Of a DNA stretch of 64,000 bases, positions 62,599 through 64,000 are shown piece by piece (within the stretch, counting starts at the first letter, position 1; each line of letters begins with the position of its first letter). Source of the stretch: Selaginella moellendorffii (Eukaryota > Plantae > Lycopodiophyta). The notes beneath the pieces are model-generated. The model saw only the letters and a list, made by a program, of their open reading frames with translations, did no database searches and was not told where the DNA came from. Both the position numbers and the translations under genes were made by a program. The stretch covers positions 199,329 to 263,328 of the forward strand of contig NW_003314266.1 in assembly GCF_000143415.4 (NCBI RefSeq), read 5' to 3'.

Positions 62599-63885
62599 AT
62601 GGCTCTCACAGCAGCTCCAAAGTTCTACACCATCGAGTCCGCTGCTTATCCTGGCTATTGCATTACTCAGCAAGGCACCCAGATTGTTCTCAGGTCCAAG
62701 GACGCGCTCAACCCCTTCCAGGTAAAATCTTTGAAAACTTTGCCGGTTGTCGATCATCATGGGAAACTCTTGTGCAGCTGTGGTACAGGGATGAGTCATG
62801 GAACTTGCTGAACCAGGACTCCGCGTTCGTGTTTGTAAACCACGGCTCTAAGAAAGCTCTCCGGTCCCAGGCACACTCAACGTCTCGAAGCAAGGTAAAC
62901 AGAAAACAGTATTCATACTATACACTGTTGCTGATCATGTGGAATTTTGATGGCAAAAGGCTACTATTGGAGACTATGATCCGGCAGTCCAAGACGATTA
63001 TCTCCTGTGGCGTATTTCCGGGAGCCACGAAAATCAAGTCTTGATCACCATGACTGGAAACAAGTCATTTTTTCTGAGCCACACTTCCTCAAGTGCTAGC
63101 TTCAAGGATGGGGTGCCAGTGGTGACATCCAACAGCGATGGAAACTCCCACTGGAAGCTCGTCACTTACGGTAAGCTCATGAATCATATGATTTGTTCTT
63201 CTCGGTTGTGGCTCATATATATGATGATGATGCACAGAGCCTTCTCAAGAGTACAGGATTCTATGCCACTGGGTTGGGCAGTACTTGACTTGGAAGCAGC
63301 AAAATGTGGATGTAACTTTCAAGAATGCAATCAAGCACAACGACGAGACAAATGTGGTGGCTATTCATCCAAGCAACGTTCCTCTCGACGGCATGGTTTG
63401 TACTTTTGTCGTTCTTTGTAATCTTATCTCATTCTATTTGATTACATATAGACATGGTACAAGGTTCCCGCTGGAGGAAGAGATGATACCACGTACTTCA
63501 CCTCGTTCGTTCTCATAAACAAGGTGACTGGTCTTGCTCTCAAGGGGTCAACCAAGCCGGGAGACAAGGTAACTAGTGCACACTGTTGAAAACTTGAAGA
63601 AGTTCGCAAACTAAACGAATTGGATGATCATGGCAGGTGCTCTTGACTCAATATGATCCTCTCGACTACGGTTTCGTGTGGTCTGAGAACCGATTCCAGG
63701 CTTCACTCACGGACCATCTTGCGATCAATCTGGATGGAACCAACTTGCAGTGGGCTCTGCAGAACGACGATCAGTACCAGAACAGTGCGTGGTATCATCC
63801 TCTCGTGCTTCGCCCGGCATCTGCAAACCAAGTATTTAATACGCAGCAGGCCTGGAAATTCAATCCAGTGGTGGCAGGGAATTGA
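62599..63885 (+). CDS. Two-domain EUL lectin family protein, copy 2, 6 exons
   Basis: Close paralog of 58254-59566 with the same intron positions and an open frame. Confidence 0.85.
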
Positions 63886-64000
63886 CTATCAGCCATGTTG
63901 TATACATAAGGGACCGCTTACCACTTTTCTTCTTGCAAATAACAAGACTTTCCACGGGAAAAAGAAGCTGAGCACTCCCCATTTGTTTCCTTTTCCCATG

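Overview
Compact, intron-dense land-plant nuclear DNA. Introns of about 45-90 bp, SS-motif-rich PLS PPR genes, two-domain EUL lectins and very short intergenic spacers suggest the lycophyte Selaginella (inference). Apparently intact genes: a germin-like protein, a protein with a TPX2-type Aurora-binding motif, peptidyl-tRNA hydrolase, UAP2/HTATSF1-like splicing factor, class II formin, M17 leucine aminopeptidase, PP2A B' subunit, a PLS-E PPR protein, a GT29 sialyltransferase-like gene, two tandem double-domain EUL lectins and a two-exon 5-TM orphan gene. A second orphan (about 12 exons, internally duplicated) may be broken at one splice junction. Between them lie AT-rich, CpG-depleted LTR-element relics and a three-level nest (Copia > small LTR element > young non-chromoviral Gypsy with a GGGAAAC -1 frameshift site and predicted pseudoknot). 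There is also a mosaic of inverted and direct copies of neighbouring exons (32.5-40.2 kb) and a tandem duplication with reciprocal gene loss (55.6-63.9 kb). No CRISPR, rRNA or intact tRNA was seen, and no single new multi-gene system can be established from the sequence alone. The best leads are the orphan genes, the split germin bounding a 14 kb block, Crinkler-like NTPase relics, the 57 bp bidirectional promoter and the MSA/CGTAC-phased promoter of the Aurora-motif gene. All alignments were made by eye and boundaries are approximate unless stated.
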